64,000 bases of DNA, from assembly GCA_031254805.1 (NCBI GenBank), contig JAIRTP010000078.1:21521-85520 (forward strand), read 5' to 3'. The DNA comes from Bacteroidales bacterium. GTDB taxonomy: Bacteria > Bacteroidota > Bacteroidia > Bacteroidales > WRLA01. Below, piece by piece: positions 45,312 to 54,966 of the stretch (position 1 is the stretch's first letter; each line of letters opens with the position of its first letter). The notes beneath the pieces are model-generated. The model saw only the letters and a program-made list of their open reading frames with translations. It was not told the origin of the DNA and ran no database searches. The translations under genes were made by a program, and so were the position numbers.

Positions 45312-47396
45312 ATGAAACATTTTATCTCTTTTATGTTAATCAGTCTGTTTTCCTTCACAGTTTTAGCTCAAGGAAAATTTGTCTTTATTCCTACAAATTC
45401 TTTTGAGGAAGTACAAATGCTATTTAACCGTCAAGATTTAACCGTTCATCACTATAAAGATCTCTTTGTCTTGGGAACATTGCAAGGAAATGCTTTTATA
45501 GAAAATATGGTTATTGTTGATGAAAATTCATTTTCAGATAACGACATCTATACAATTGCATATTGTAAAGACGAACAGAAGCCATCCTATTTGAAAAAGA
45601 TGTCACAACGAGGAAAGGTTCTCTACGATGCCGATAATTTTTTGATTATGAAACAATTCAAAGGAGAAAAACTTCTGGATCCCGCTAAAAATGACGGAAT
45701 GGTAATCATTTCAAACAATCCGGCGTATCTTCCGACGACTAATTTTGAATTTCCGACTATTAGTCAAATTGACCCGAATATTGAAACATTATTGAATCAA
45801 ATAAGTATTGATTCAATAATGAATATCATTCAACATTTAGAAGATTACGGAACAAGATTGTACAGTACCTCTCAAGCGGTCGAAGCCGCCAATTGGATAA
45901 AAGAGAGATATGAATCATGGGGGCTACAAACTGCGTTGGAAAATTTTAATGGCTATGGATATCTTGGGCCTGTTAATTCGTCGAATGTAATTGCTATACA
46001 ACAGGGAACAACCAAGCCTGATGAATATATTATTTGTGGAGGACATTATGATTCTATCAATTGGTACGATGGAGACGCCGCCCCTGGTTCCGACGATAAT
46101 TCGACAGGTACTGCGGGAGTTATGGAAATTGCCCGCATATTTAGTCAATATGAATTTGAACGTTCTATTATATATTGCGCTTTTGGAGCTGAAGAGGTGG
46201 GATTATGCGGAAGCGACGCTTATGCTGTAAAATGCAAATCGGATAATATGAATATTTTAGGTTATTTTAATATCGACATGAGCGGTTATATAGCTCCGGG
46301 GCTAGAGACCTTGATTAGCATTATCCGTCCGTCGTCTGCCACCCCTTTAGCCAACTATTATATTAATGTTTTGGAAACTTATTATAAAGATACTCAATAT
46401 GAACAGATTTCCCAACTTTCCGGAGGCGACAGCGACCACACTTCTTTTAATAATCAGGGATATATGGGAATTTATCCTTTTGAGAATGAGAATCATTATA
46501 GTCCTTACATACATACTTCCAATGATTATATCGGATTAAGTCTGAATTCTCCGGATCAAGTACTATTATATACGCAGATTACCGCCGCATGTATTGCCGA
46601 ATTGGGATTATTAGGAGCAGAAGAAGTTGCTCCGATTGCAGATTTTTCAGCTGAAGAAACAGAGATTACGGCAGGCGATTCGATTTATTTCATGGATCTT
46701 TCTGAATATGAGCCCACTTCTTGGAGTTGGTTTTTTGAAGGAGGAGAACCGGAGACTTCTGATCAACAAAATCCTTCCATTACATTCCTTGTTCCGGGAA
46801 TTTACGACGTTAAGCTTGTCGTAGAAAATAACGCTGGAAAAGATTCTGTCATAAAAGAGAATTACATCACAGTCAACAGAAAGATACTTCCTCCTGTCGC
46901 TGCTTTTGAGGCAGATCGTTTAAATATTGAAGAAGGCGAGAGTATATCGTTTAAAGATATTTCAGAAAACGAACCTGATACATGGGCGTGGTATTTTGAA
47001 GGCGGAGAGCCGAACGCTTCCGATCAACAACATCCAACTGTTGTATATAACGTTCAGGGAACATTCAATGTGAAATTGACGGTCAGTAACGAAGCCGGAG
47101 TTGACGAAGCGGAAGCGACAGTTGTAGTTTTGCCTTTTTCCGGAATAGATGAACAACAGATTTCTTTCGTTAAAATTGCTCCTAATCCTGTAAAAAGCAA
47201 CTCTTACATGAAAGTAGAAAGCGATATCGTCATCCGGTCGATAGATATATTAAATTTATCGGGACAATTGATACAAAGCTATGAAATAAACGCTCAATCT
47301 ACAGAATTTCTGATTCCTGCGTTGTCGTCGGGATTATATCTCTTAAATATTAACGACCAGTCTGCGCATCACGCTATTAAAATTCAAGTTTATTAG
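45312..47396 (+). CDS. T9SS-secreted M28-family aminopeptidase with two PKD domains
   Basis: GGHYDS, PGSDDNSTG, FGAEEVGLCGS zinc-site motifs. Tandem PKD repeats. C-terminal sorting domain KIAPNP..GLYLLNIND..IKIQVY. Confidence 0.85.
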   Translation: MKHFISFMLISLFSFTVLAQGKFVFIPTNSFEEVQMLFNRQDLTVHHYKDLFVLGTLQGNAFIENMVIVDENSFSDNDIYTIAYCKDEQKPSYLKKMSQRGKVLYDADNFLIMKQFKGEKLLDPAKNDGMVIISNNPAYLPTTNFEFPTISQIDPNIETLLNQISIDSIMNIIQHLEDYGTRLYSTSQAVEAANWIKERYESWGLQTALENFNGYGYLGPVNSSNVIAIQQGTTKPDEYIICGGHYDSINWYDGDAAPGSDDNSTGTAGVMEIARIFSQYEFERSIIYCAFGAEEVGLCGSDAYAVKCKSDNMNILGYFNIDMSGYIAPGLETLISIIRPSSATPLANYYINVLETYYKDTQYEQISQLSGGDSDHTSFNNQGYMGIYPFENENHYSPYIHTSNDYIGLSLNSPDQVLLYTQITAACIAELGLLGAEEVAPIADFSAEETEITAGDSIYFMDLSEYEPTSWSWFFEGGEPETSDQQNPSITFLVPGIYDVKLVVENNAGKDSVIKENYITVNRKILPPVAAFEADRLNIEEGESISFKDISENEPDTWAWYFEGGEPNASDQQHPTVVYNVQGTFNVKLTVSNEAGVDEAEATVVVLPFSGIDEQQISFVKIAPNPVKSNSYMKVESDIVIRSIDILNLSGQLIQSYEINAQSTEFLIPALSSGLYLLNINDQSAHHAIKIQVY

Positions 47397-47418
47397 CAAA
47401 TAAAATATCTTCCTAAAG

Positions 47419-47455
47419 AAAAAGGGCAAAATTTCACGAAATTTTGCCCTTTTTC
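47419..47455 (+). terminator. rho-independent terminator
   Basis: GGGCAAAATTT-cacg-AAATTTTGCCC followed by T5. Confidence 0.85.
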
Positions 47456-47703
47456 TTAGTTATAATGTTTGTGAGTCAATGAGTTTTGCGAGGACGAGGA
47501 GAAAGCGCTCCGCGTGCTTTTCATCTTAATATCATGAATTTTATCACGAGAACAAGTGATTTTTGCTCTGAAAAATGGCCACAATATGGGATTGTCGCGT
47601 TTTCAGGAATGGTAGAACTTTGCAACGTAAAAACGGATATGAAACCGGAGAAGCAAAAAAGAAGTTATCGAAGGGTTCATTTGACAAATAAAATGATAAA
47701 TAG

Positions 47704-48210
47704 ATGAAAAAAATAGGGATTTTTTATGGCTCTAATTCAGGAAATACGGAAAGTATTGCTAATAGGCTTCAAAACTTATTAGGGGCGGACAACGCCGATG
47801 TTATTAATATCGCTAACGCTAAAACGGATGATTTTATCCGTTATGAGAATCTTATTTTCGGAACTTCCACATGGGGATTGGGCGATTTGCAGGATGACTG
47901 GGAATCATTTTTACCAAATCTTAAGAAGATTGATTTTGCAGGAAAGAAGGTGGCTTTATTTGGCGTAGGAGATAGTATGGGTTATGCCGATACATTTGTA
48001 GACGGCATGGGAGAGTTGTATCAAGCAATACAAGACAGCGGTTATGTGGTTGGATTCACCCCCGTTACGGGTTATTATTTCGACGCTTCCAAAGCGCAAG
48101 TTGACGATCAATTTGTAGGGCTTGCTCTCGACGAAGACAATGAATCCGATAAAACAATCGAAAGACTTACCGCTTGGGTGGAAAATTTGAAATTGCAATT
48201 TACAATATGA
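47704..48210 (+). CDS. fldA: long-chain flavodoxin
   Basis: MKKIGIFYGSNSGNTE phosphate-binding loop, ~168 aa with the long-chain insertion. Confidence 0.85.
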   Translation: MKKIGIFYGSNSGNTESIANRLQNLLGADNADVINIANAKTDDFIRYENLIFGTSTWGLGDLQDDWESFLPNLKKIDFAGKKVALFGVGDSMGYADTFVDGMGELYQAIQDSGYVVGFTPVTGYYFDASKAQVDDQFVGLALDEDNESDKTIERLTAWVENLKLQFTI

Positions 48211-48545
48211 CGGTATTAATACATCATATTTACGAATATAAAAAAGGCGTTAGGCATTTGGCTCTTCATACGTTGCCGGCATCTTTGAGAAAAGAGGCGG
48301 AGAAGAAGCTTGAAAAGCAGGGCATAAGCTATGTTGTGAAGCCGATTAATGATATGCGGATTAATATATTTTTTGGAGACGACGAATGCGTAGAAGTCAT
48401 TTGCAGGATGGGCGATAAAAAGTTGAACGAATTCACGCCGGAAGAAGATTTTATATTGGGGATCATGCTAGGTTACGATAAGCGTCAACAATGCTTGCGT
48501 TATTTGCAGCAAAAGGAGCAAAAACAAATAAGTTTTAGAGGTTAA
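48207..48545 (+). CDS. DUF2023-family protein
   Basis: Start at the ATG overlapping the fldA stop (ATGA). MTVLIHHIYEYKKGVRHLALHT.. matches the recalled DUF2023 N-terminus. The track start 48174 lies inside fldA. Confidence 0.7.
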   Translation: MTVLIHHIYEYKKGVRHLALHTLPASLRKEAEKKLEKQGISYVVKPINDMRINIFFGDDECVEVICRMGDKKLNEFTPEEDFILGIMLGYDKRQQCLRYLQQKEQKQISFRG

Positions 48546-48623
48546 TACAGAAAAAAACACCCATGTTGCCATGTTATCAGTTATAAAAATTTAAAAAATG
48601 GGATGATTTTTGTTTTTTTTGTG

Positions 48624-48651
48624 AAACGCGCTATAAATGGCGCGTTTTTTT
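48624..48651 (+). terminator. rho-independent terminator
   Basis: AACGCGC-tataaatg-GCGCGTT followed by T7. Confidence 0.8.
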
Positions 48652-48723
48652 ATTGAGTTAATCCTTTTCTACGAAATGGTGAAAATATTTTTTATGGAAA
48701 GTTTCCCTATTGAAGAATATTTA

Positions 48724-48731
48724 TATCTTTG
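48724..48731 (+). promoter_or_regulatory. -7 box TATCTTTG, start of long leader of P-type ATPase
   Basis: TAnnTTTG, 206 nt upstream of ATG 48938. Confidence 0.35.
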
Positions 48732-48877
48732 CCTTCTGAATTTTAGAAAGAATCTGTTTAATAGAGAATTTGATTTTGATAACAATAGATAGATATAAAA
48801 CATGTATTGATAATCACAGATTTGTGTTTAAGAGGAGGGATTTTTCTCCGTTCAATACGGGAAGGGAAAAAACTGTC

Positions 48878-48915
48878 AAAAAGCCGGAGCAAAAAAACTC
48901 TGGCTTTTTGATTTA
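48878..48915 (+). terminator. terminator-like hairpin inside ATPase 5' leader (candidate attenuator)
   Basis: AAAAAGCCGGAG-caaaaaaa-CTCTGGCTTTTT (one G-U pair) then GATTT. It ends 23 nt before ATG 48938. Confidence 0.5.
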
Positions 48916-48937
48916 TAATGAAAAATAAGATGTATCG

Positions 48938-51670
48938 ATGCAAAACAGAGCGCACAGAGGGCTGAATGACGCCCAAGTAGCGGAAAGCAGGAAAAAATAT
49001 GGGATGAATGTCCTGAAGCCGCCCAAGAAAAGACCTGTTTGGATGTTGTTTTTTGAGAAATTTAACGATCCGATCATTAAGATATTGCTGATAGCCTTAG
49101 CTCTTTCCGTCGGCGTATCTTGTTACCAATATTTTAAGGAATTGGCGGCGTCGGCGATATTTTTTGAACCGTTTGGAATATTCGTCGCGATTCTTTTAGC
49201 CACCGGCGTCGGATTCATTTTTGAATTGAATGCCAACAAAAAATTTGATATTCTTAATAAGGTAAACGACGATCAACTTTTTAAAGTGATCCGTAATGGA
49301 AATATTACCGAAATAATGAAAAAAGATATTGTCGTTGGAGATGTCGTTATTCTTGATACCGGCGATGAAATACCTGCCGACGGCATTTTGCTTGAAGCGG
49401 TGTCGTTGCAGGTGAATGAATCGACGCTTACGGGAGAACCGGCGATCTCGAAAACTACCGATGAACGAAATTTTAAAAACGAAGCGACATATCCTTCTAA
49501 TGAAGTTATGAAAGGGACTACGGTTGTCGACGGCCACGCTATTTTTCAAGTAGTAAAAGTCGGCGATGCAACCGAATACGGAAAGGTATATCAAGGTTCT
49601 CAAATTGAAAACGATACGGACACTCCGCTTAATATACAACTTAGCGGATTGGCAGGTTTGATTGCAAAATTGAGTTATGGGATTGCGATAACATTGCTAA
49701 TTGTTCGTTTGCTTATCTATTTCACTGCGCAGGCCGATATCAATTGGCTTGATGCAGGCGTTTATATTTTGGATACGTTGATGATTGCTATTACGCTCGT
49801 TGTAGTTTCTGTGCCGGAAGGTTTACCGATGAGCATTGTTTTAAGTTTGGCGCTAAGCATGAAACGAATGTTGGCAACCAATAATCTTGTTCGTAAAATG
49901 CATGCGTGCGAGACTATGGGAGCCGTTTCTGTGATTTGTACGGATAAAACGGGTACATTGACCCAAAATCAGATGCAAGTGCATAAGACGGATTTTTGGG
50001 CGTTACAAGATCAGGAATTATCAGAGGACGATTTGAGCAAGATCATAAAAGAGGGAATCGCTGTCAATTCAACGGCGTATTTGGATTTTTCAAATCCGGA
50101 TAAAATCAAAGTTTTAGGAAATCCTACGGAAGGAGCATTGTTGCTCTGGTTGCATGAACGAAATGAGAATTATCTTTTATTACGGGAAAACGCCGAGATA
50201 TTAGAGCAGTTGACCTTTTCGACGGAGCGAAAATTTATGGCGACCGTCGTTCATTCCAATTTATTGAATAAAAAAATATTATATGTAAAAGGAGCTCCGG
50301 AGATCACGCTTTCTATGAGCGATAATATTTTAACGGAAAAAGGCATGATAAACGCCGTAACCGGTCGCGGCGACATTGAACGGGAATTGTTGCAATTTCA
50401 AGAGAAAGCTATGCGAACGTTGGGATTTGCTTACAAGATTCTTGACGACGACAAAGTATGTATTCAGGGCGGCAAATTGGTCGATGAAAAATTGACGTGT
50501 ATCGGCGTAGTCGCTATTGCAGATCCGGTGCGTAAAGATGTCTCCGAGGCTATCCAAAAATGCATGAATGCAGGAATAACCGTTAAAATTGTGACGGGCG
50601 ATACGCCGGGAACAGCAAAAGAGATCGGACGTCAAATAGGTCTATGGAAAAATGATGATCGTGATGAACTTTTAATTACAGGACCGGAATTTACTGAAAA
50701 AAGCGACGAAGAACTTTTAGATCAAATTTTAGATTTGAAAATCATTGCGCGCGCGCGTCCCATGGATAAAGAACGTTTGGTGCGATTATTACAGCAAAAG
50801 AATCAAGTCGTGGCTGTTACAGGCGACGGGACCAATGATGCGCCGGCGTTGAATGCCGCGCAAGTGGGTCTTTCTATGGGCGACGGCACACGGGTCGCCA
50901 AAGAAGCAAGCGCGATTACGATTTTGGATAACTCTTTTACAAGTATCGTGCGGGCTGTTATGTGGGGACGTTCATTGCATCGAAATATTCAAAGATTTTT
51001 GATGTTTCAAGTAACGGTGAATCTTGTCGCCTGCTTAATTGTGCTGATCGGAGCTTTTTTAGGCGCCGAATCGCCTTTGACGGTTACGCAAATGTTGTGG
51101 GTCAATCTCATTATGGACACATTTGCCGCTATGGCGTTGGCTTCTTTACCGCCAAACGAAAAAGTAATGAATAATAAACCGCGAAAATCATCCGATTTCA
51201 TCATTTCCAAGGCTATGATGTTGCGGATCATTGGGATTGGGTTTTGCTTTGTCGCCGTATTGTTCGGATTATTGCAAGTATTTAAATATGAGAATGTAAC
51301 GACTTTTTCTGATATCAAATTGTCTTATTTCTTTCAGGATTTTCTTCGTTTTGATATGATATCGAACGCATTAACTTCTTATGAACTGACGATGTTTTTT
51401 ACGATCTTTGTCATGTTGCAATTTTGGAATCTTTTTAATGCCAGAACGCTTTTTGATCCGAAATCTGCTTTAGCAAATATCGTTCAAAATAGGACGTTTT
51501 GGGCTATTGTTGCGTTGATCATTGTCGGACAAATGATTATTGTTACATTTGGCGGCGAGATGTTCAATGTACAGCCGTTGTCATTAAAAGATTGGATTTA
51601 TATCATTGTTTCTACTTCGCTGGTCTTGTGGATTGGAGAAATTTATCGATTTATAAAAAGATTGAAATAG
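48938..51670 (+). CDS. P-type cation (Ca2+-type, P2) ATPase
   Basis: TGE (LTGEP), phosphorylation site CTDKTGTLTQN, TGD, GDGTNDAPAL hinge, 10-TM layout. Confidence 0.9.
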   Translation: MQNRAHRGLNDAQVAESRKKYGMNVLKPPKKRPVWMLFFEKFNDPIIKILLIALALSVGVSCYQYFKELAASAIFFEPFGIFVAILLATGVGFIFELNANKKFDILNKVNDDQLFKVIRNGNITEIMKKDIVVGDVVILDTGDEIPADGILLEAVSLQVNESTLTGEPAISKTTDERNFKNEATYPSNEVMKGTTVVDGHAIFQVVKVGDATEYGKVYQGSQIENDTDTPLNIQLSGLAGLIAKLSYGIAITLLIVRLLIYFTAQADINWLDAGVYILDTLMIAITLVVVSVPEGLPMSIVLSLALSMKRMLATNNLVRKMHACETMGAVSVICTDKTGTLTQNQMQVHKTDFWALQDQELSEDDLSKIIKEGIAVNSTAYLDFSNPDKIKVLGNPTEGALLLWLHERNENYLLLRENAEILEQLTFSTERKFMATVVHSNLLNKKILYVKGAPEITLSMSDNILTEKGMINAVTGRGDIERELLQFQEKAMRTLGFAYKILDDDKVCIQGGKLVDEKLTCIGVVAIADPVRKDVSEAIQKCMNAGITVKIVTGDTPGTAKEIGRQIGLWKNDDRDELLITGPEFTEKSDEELLDQILDLKIIARARPMDKERLVRLLQQKNQVVAVTGDGTNDAPALNAAQVGLSMGDGTRVAKEASAITILDNSFTSIVRAVMWGRSLHRNIQRFLMFQVTVNLVACLIVLIGAFLGAESPLTVTQMLWVNLIMDTFAAMALASLPPNEKVMNNKPRKSSDFIISKAMMLRIIGIGFCFVAVLFGLLQVFKYENVTTFSDIKLSYFFQDFLRFDMISNALTSYELTMFFTIFVMLQFWNLFNARTLFDPKSALANIVQNRTFWAIVALIIVGQMIIVTFGGEMFNVQPLSLKDWIYIIVSTSLVLWIGEIYRFIKRLK

Positions 51671-51734
51671 CGCCTTGCGAAGTTTTTCATAAATAAAATT
51701 ATACAATTATGATATCTCAATTCTCTGATTTACG

Positions 51735-51742
51735 TATCTTTG
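51735..51742 (+). promoter_or_regulatory. -7 box TATCTTTG for CDF transporter gene
   Basis: TAnnTTTG, 43 nt upstream of ATG 51786. Confidence 0.4.
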
Positions 51743-51785
51743 AATCTTTGGATTTTGAGATTGTTCAATATATAATGGACGTAAA

Positions 51786-52709
51786 ATGAGCGAGCGAAAT
51801 AAAGTATTGATCCGGACGTCATGGATCAGCACGATAGGAAATGCGATATTATCGATTTCGAAAATTACCTTGGGCCTTTTGGCCGGCAGTTTAGCGGTAT
51901 TGGGCGACGGAATTGATTCCGCTACTGATGTTGTTATATCTATTGTCATGATATTTACCGCCAAGGTTGTTAACAGGCCGCCTAGTAAAAAATATGCTTA
52001 CGGTTATGAAAAAGCGGAAGGTATCGCCACCAAAATACTCTCTTTGGTTATCTTTTATGCCGGCGTCCAGATGTTAATCGCTTCAGTGCAAAGTATGTTT
52101 TCCGGTCAGGAAAAAGTAATGCCCGGCATCATAACGATCTATGTAACTGTTTTTTCCATTGTTGGGAAATTGGGATTGGCGTTGTATCAATATCGGCAAG
52201 GAAAAAAGGTGAACAGTTCGTTACTTACCGCCAATGCAATTAACATGAGGAACGACGTTATTATTTCGGCAGGCGTTTTAACGGGATTGGTGTTTACTTT
52301 TGTGTTTAAACTTCCCGTTTTAGACTCTATCACAGGGTTGATCATCAGTTTGTTCATTATAAAATCTTCCATTTCGATATTTTTGGATTCCAATATTGAA
52401 TTGATGGACGGCGTAAAGGATGAAACTGTTTATAATAAGATATTTGAAGCGGTTGAAAAAATTCCGGGAGCATATAATCCGCATCGCGTGCGTTCCCGTC
52501 AGATCGGTAATCTTTATATGATCGCTTTAGATATAGAAGCCGACGGTAATATATCTTTGAATGAGGCGCATGACATTGCCGAAGCGGTCGAAGAGAGCAT
52601 TAAAAGAGAAATTGAAGATGTTTACGATATTGTTATTCACGTGGAACCTAAAGGAGAAAGCCATAAAGCAGAACGGTTTGGAGTGGATAAAGATATGATT
52701 GGAGGTTAG
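51786..52709 (+). CDS. cation diffusion facilitator family transporter
   Basis: Six TM helices, GDGIDSATD metal-site motif in TM2, cytoplasmic C-terminal dimerisation domain. Confidence 0.85.
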   Translation: MSERNKVLIRTSWISTIGNAILSISKITLGLLAGSLAVLGDGIDSATDVVISIVMIFTAKVVNRPPSKKYAYGYEKAEGIATKILSLVIFYAGVQMLIASVQSMFSGQEKVMPGIITIYVTVFSIVGKLGLALYQYRQGKKVNSSLLTANAINMRNDVIISAGVLTGLVFTFVFKLPVLDSITGLIISLFIIKSSISIFLDSNIELMDGVKDETVYNKIFEAVEKIPGAYNPHRVRSRQIGNLYMIALDIEADGNISLNEAHDIAEAVEESIKREIEDVYDIVIHVEPKGESHKAERFGVDKDMIGG

Positions 52710-52755
52710 AATTATCATCAATAACGGAATTGCTGAATATATTATGATGTATGCA

Positions 52756-52789
52756 TAAAAAAACCGCCTGAATTTCGGGCGGTTTTTTT
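52756..52789. terminator. bidirectional terminator
   Basis: AAAAAAACCGCC-tgaatttcg-GGCGGTTTTTTT between convergent CDF and arcB genes. Confidence 0.85.
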
Positions 52790-52805
52790 CAAGGATATTT
52801 TAAGC

Positions 52806-53807
52806 TTATTTTCCTAAAGTGGCAACCATCACCGCTTTAATCGTATGTAATCGGTTTTCTGCTTCGTCGAAAACGATAGACATAGGAGATTCAAAAACAT
52901 CTTCGGTTACTTCCATAGATTCTAATCCGAATTTTTGATAAATTTCTTCTCCGACAGTCGTTTCCCTGTTATGGAATGCCGGTAAGCAATGCAGAAATTT
53001 TACATTAGGATTTCCGGTAGCTTTTACTACGTTCATATTTACCTGGTATGGCGTCAACAATTTGATACGTTCCTCCCAAACCGAGTCGGGTTCTCCCATT
53101 GATACCCAAACGTCGGTATAGAGGAAATCAACGCCTTTGACGCCTTCTTCAACATTTTCCGTCAAAGTAATTTTTGCGCCGGTCTCTTTCGCTATCTCGC
53201 GACATTTTGCTACCAATTCGTCGGCGGGCTGGCAAGCTTTCGGCGCAACGGCGCGAAAATCCATACCCATTTTTGCCGCTCCTACCATCAAACTGTTGCC
53301 CATATTATTACGAGCGTCGCCTAAATAGGCAAAAGAGACTTGATGCAACGGTTTGTCGGAATGTTCCATCATGGTCAAGAAATCCGCTAAGATTTGCGTA
53401 GGATGAAATTCGGTAGTCAAACCGTTCCAAACCGGAACGCCGGAATATGCTGCCAACGCTTCTACGATTTCTTGAGAATAACCGCGATATTCGATGCCGT
53501 CGTACATTCTTCCCAAAACGCGCGCCGTGTCTTTCATCGACTCTTTCTTACCCATTTGAGAACCTGAGGGGCCTAAATAAGTAACATGAGCGCCTTGATC
53601 CAAAGCGGCTACTTCAAATGCGCAACGTGTACGCGTAGAATCTTTCTCGAAAAGAAGAACGATATTTTTACCTTTCAACGCAGGTTGTTCCGTTCCGGTA
53701 TATTTTGCCTTTTTCAAATCTGCAGAGAGACTTAATAAAAATTTTATCTCATCCGGAGTGAAATCCAACAATTTCAAAAAACTTCTGTTTCTCAGATTAA
53801 ATGCCAT
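52806..53807 (-). CDS. arcB: ornithine carbamoyltransferase
   Basis: STRTR, HPTQ, HCLPAFH motifs. Close N-terminal resemblance to enterobacterial ArgI/ArcB ([18 protein letters not shown]..). Paired with carbamate kinase. Confidence 0.85.
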   Translation of the reverse strand: MAFNLRNRSFLKLLDFTPDEIKFLLSLSADLKKAKYTGTEQPALKGKNIVLLFEKDSTRTRCAFEVAALDQGAHVTYLGPSGSQMGKKESMKDTARVLGRMYDGIEYRGYSQEIVEALAAYSGVPVWNGLTTEFHPTQILADFLTMMEHSDKPLHQVSFAYLGDARNNMGNSLMVGAAKMGMDFRAVAPKACQPADELVAKCREIAKETGAKITLTENVEEGVKGVDFLYTDVWVSMGEPDSVWEERIKLLTPYQVNMNVVKATGNPNVKFLHCLPAFHNRETTVGEEIYQKFGLESMEVTEDVFESPMSIVFDEAENRLHTIKAVMVATLGK

Positions 53808-53851
53808 AACTATTTATTCTTTTAATTGATTTATAAATATATTTTTCTTGA

Positions 53852-54796
53852 TTAATCGCGTACTATTTGCGTTCCTGCATCCGGAACTTGTAATTGCGAC
53901 GATTCGGTAATAATACATTTTTTACCTCCGTTTTTAATAAAACGGACCGCCGCTCTCATTTTTGGAGCCATGCTTCCTTCGGCAAAATGCCCTTCCGCTA
54001 AATATTTCTCCGCTTCGGATACGGTAACAATGTCCAACGCTTTTTGTTCAGGCGTATTAAAATGAATGAAAACTTTTGGGATATCGGTCAAAATATAGAA
54101 TTCGTCGGCTTTGATTTCCGTCGCCAATTTTGAAGATGCGGAATCTTTGTCAATGACGGCATCGATGCCTTCCACAGTATTTTCATCTAAAGAATAGACC
54201 GGAATGCCGCCGCCGCCGACCGTAATAACAATTACTCCGTTATCAGCCATCATTTTAATAGTCTCCACATTGTCGATATGTAATGGAGAAGGCGAAGCGA
54301 CCGCTTTTCTCCAGCCGCGTCCGCGCGAATCTTCAGCAAATTTTGCGTTGGAATTTACCATAAAACGCTCAGCTTCTTCTTTCGTATAATACGGGCCGAC
54401 CGGTTTTGTCGGATTTTGAAAAGCCGGATCGTTTTTATCAACGTACACTCTGGTAATCAAAGCCAATACGTCTCTTTGATATCCTTTTTTGTTCAACACG
54501 TTTTTCATTTGTTGTTGAATCATATAACCGATAGAACCTTGCGTTTCCGCAACGCAAATATCTAACGGCTGAGCCGGAATACCGTACATTTTTTCGCCGG
54601 CGCTATGTTGAAGCATGACGTTTCCTACTTGAGGACCGTTGCCATGTCCGATAACGATATTATAATCATTTTTTACAAGTTCAAAAAGATGCGTACAAGA
54701 TTCAAATACATTGGCTTCCTGCTCCTCAATAGTTCCTTTTTGTCCACTGCGTAATAAGGCATTCCCTCCAAAGGCAACTACAGCTAATTTTTTCAT
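53852..54796 (-). CDS. arcC: carbamate kinase
   Basis: FGGNAL.., HGNGPQVG, amino-acid-kinase fold, 314 aa. Confidence 0.85.
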   Translation of the reverse strand: MKKLAVVAFGGNALLRSGQKGTIEEQEANVFESCTHLFELVKNDYNIVIGHGNGPQVGNVMLQHSAGEKMYGIPAQPLDICVAETQGSIGYMIQQQMKNVLNKKGYQRDVLALITRVYVDKNDPAFQNPTKPVGPYYTKEEAERFMVNSNAKFAEDSRGRGWRKAVASPSPLHIDNVETIKMMADNGVIVITVGGGGIPVYSLDENTVEGIDAVIDKDSASSKLATEIKADEFYILTDIPKVFIHFNTPEQKALDIVTVSEAEKYLAEGHFAEGSMAPKMRAAVRFIKNGGKKCIITESSQLQVPDAGTQIVRD

Positions 54797-54830
54797 AAAA
54801 TCAATCTATTACTTTAAAATTTAAAGGGTG

Positions 54831-54838
54831 CAAAGGTA
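54831..54838 (-). promoter_or_regulatory. -7 box TACCTTTG for arcC-arcB
   Basis: TAnnTTTG, 34 nt upstream of ATG 54796. Confidence 0.45.
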
Positions 54839-54966
54839 GTCAAAAGTTGTCATTTGTAAATGCGCCGTAGAAAAAATTCTTTCACCCTAAATTCGACACA
54901 AAAAACAAGGACAATAGCTACAATGAATTCATTCTTTTTCAACTCATTCATTATTCAGGTTTGAAT

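Noticed and set aside
48732-48937. Assignment of the ATPase leader to M-box (Mg2+) or yybP-ykoY (Mn2+) riboswitch classes.
   Set aside because: The conserved GGGGAGUAG / UUGACA-type (yybP-ykoY) or M-box core sequences are not present. It is kept only as an unclassified candidate leader.
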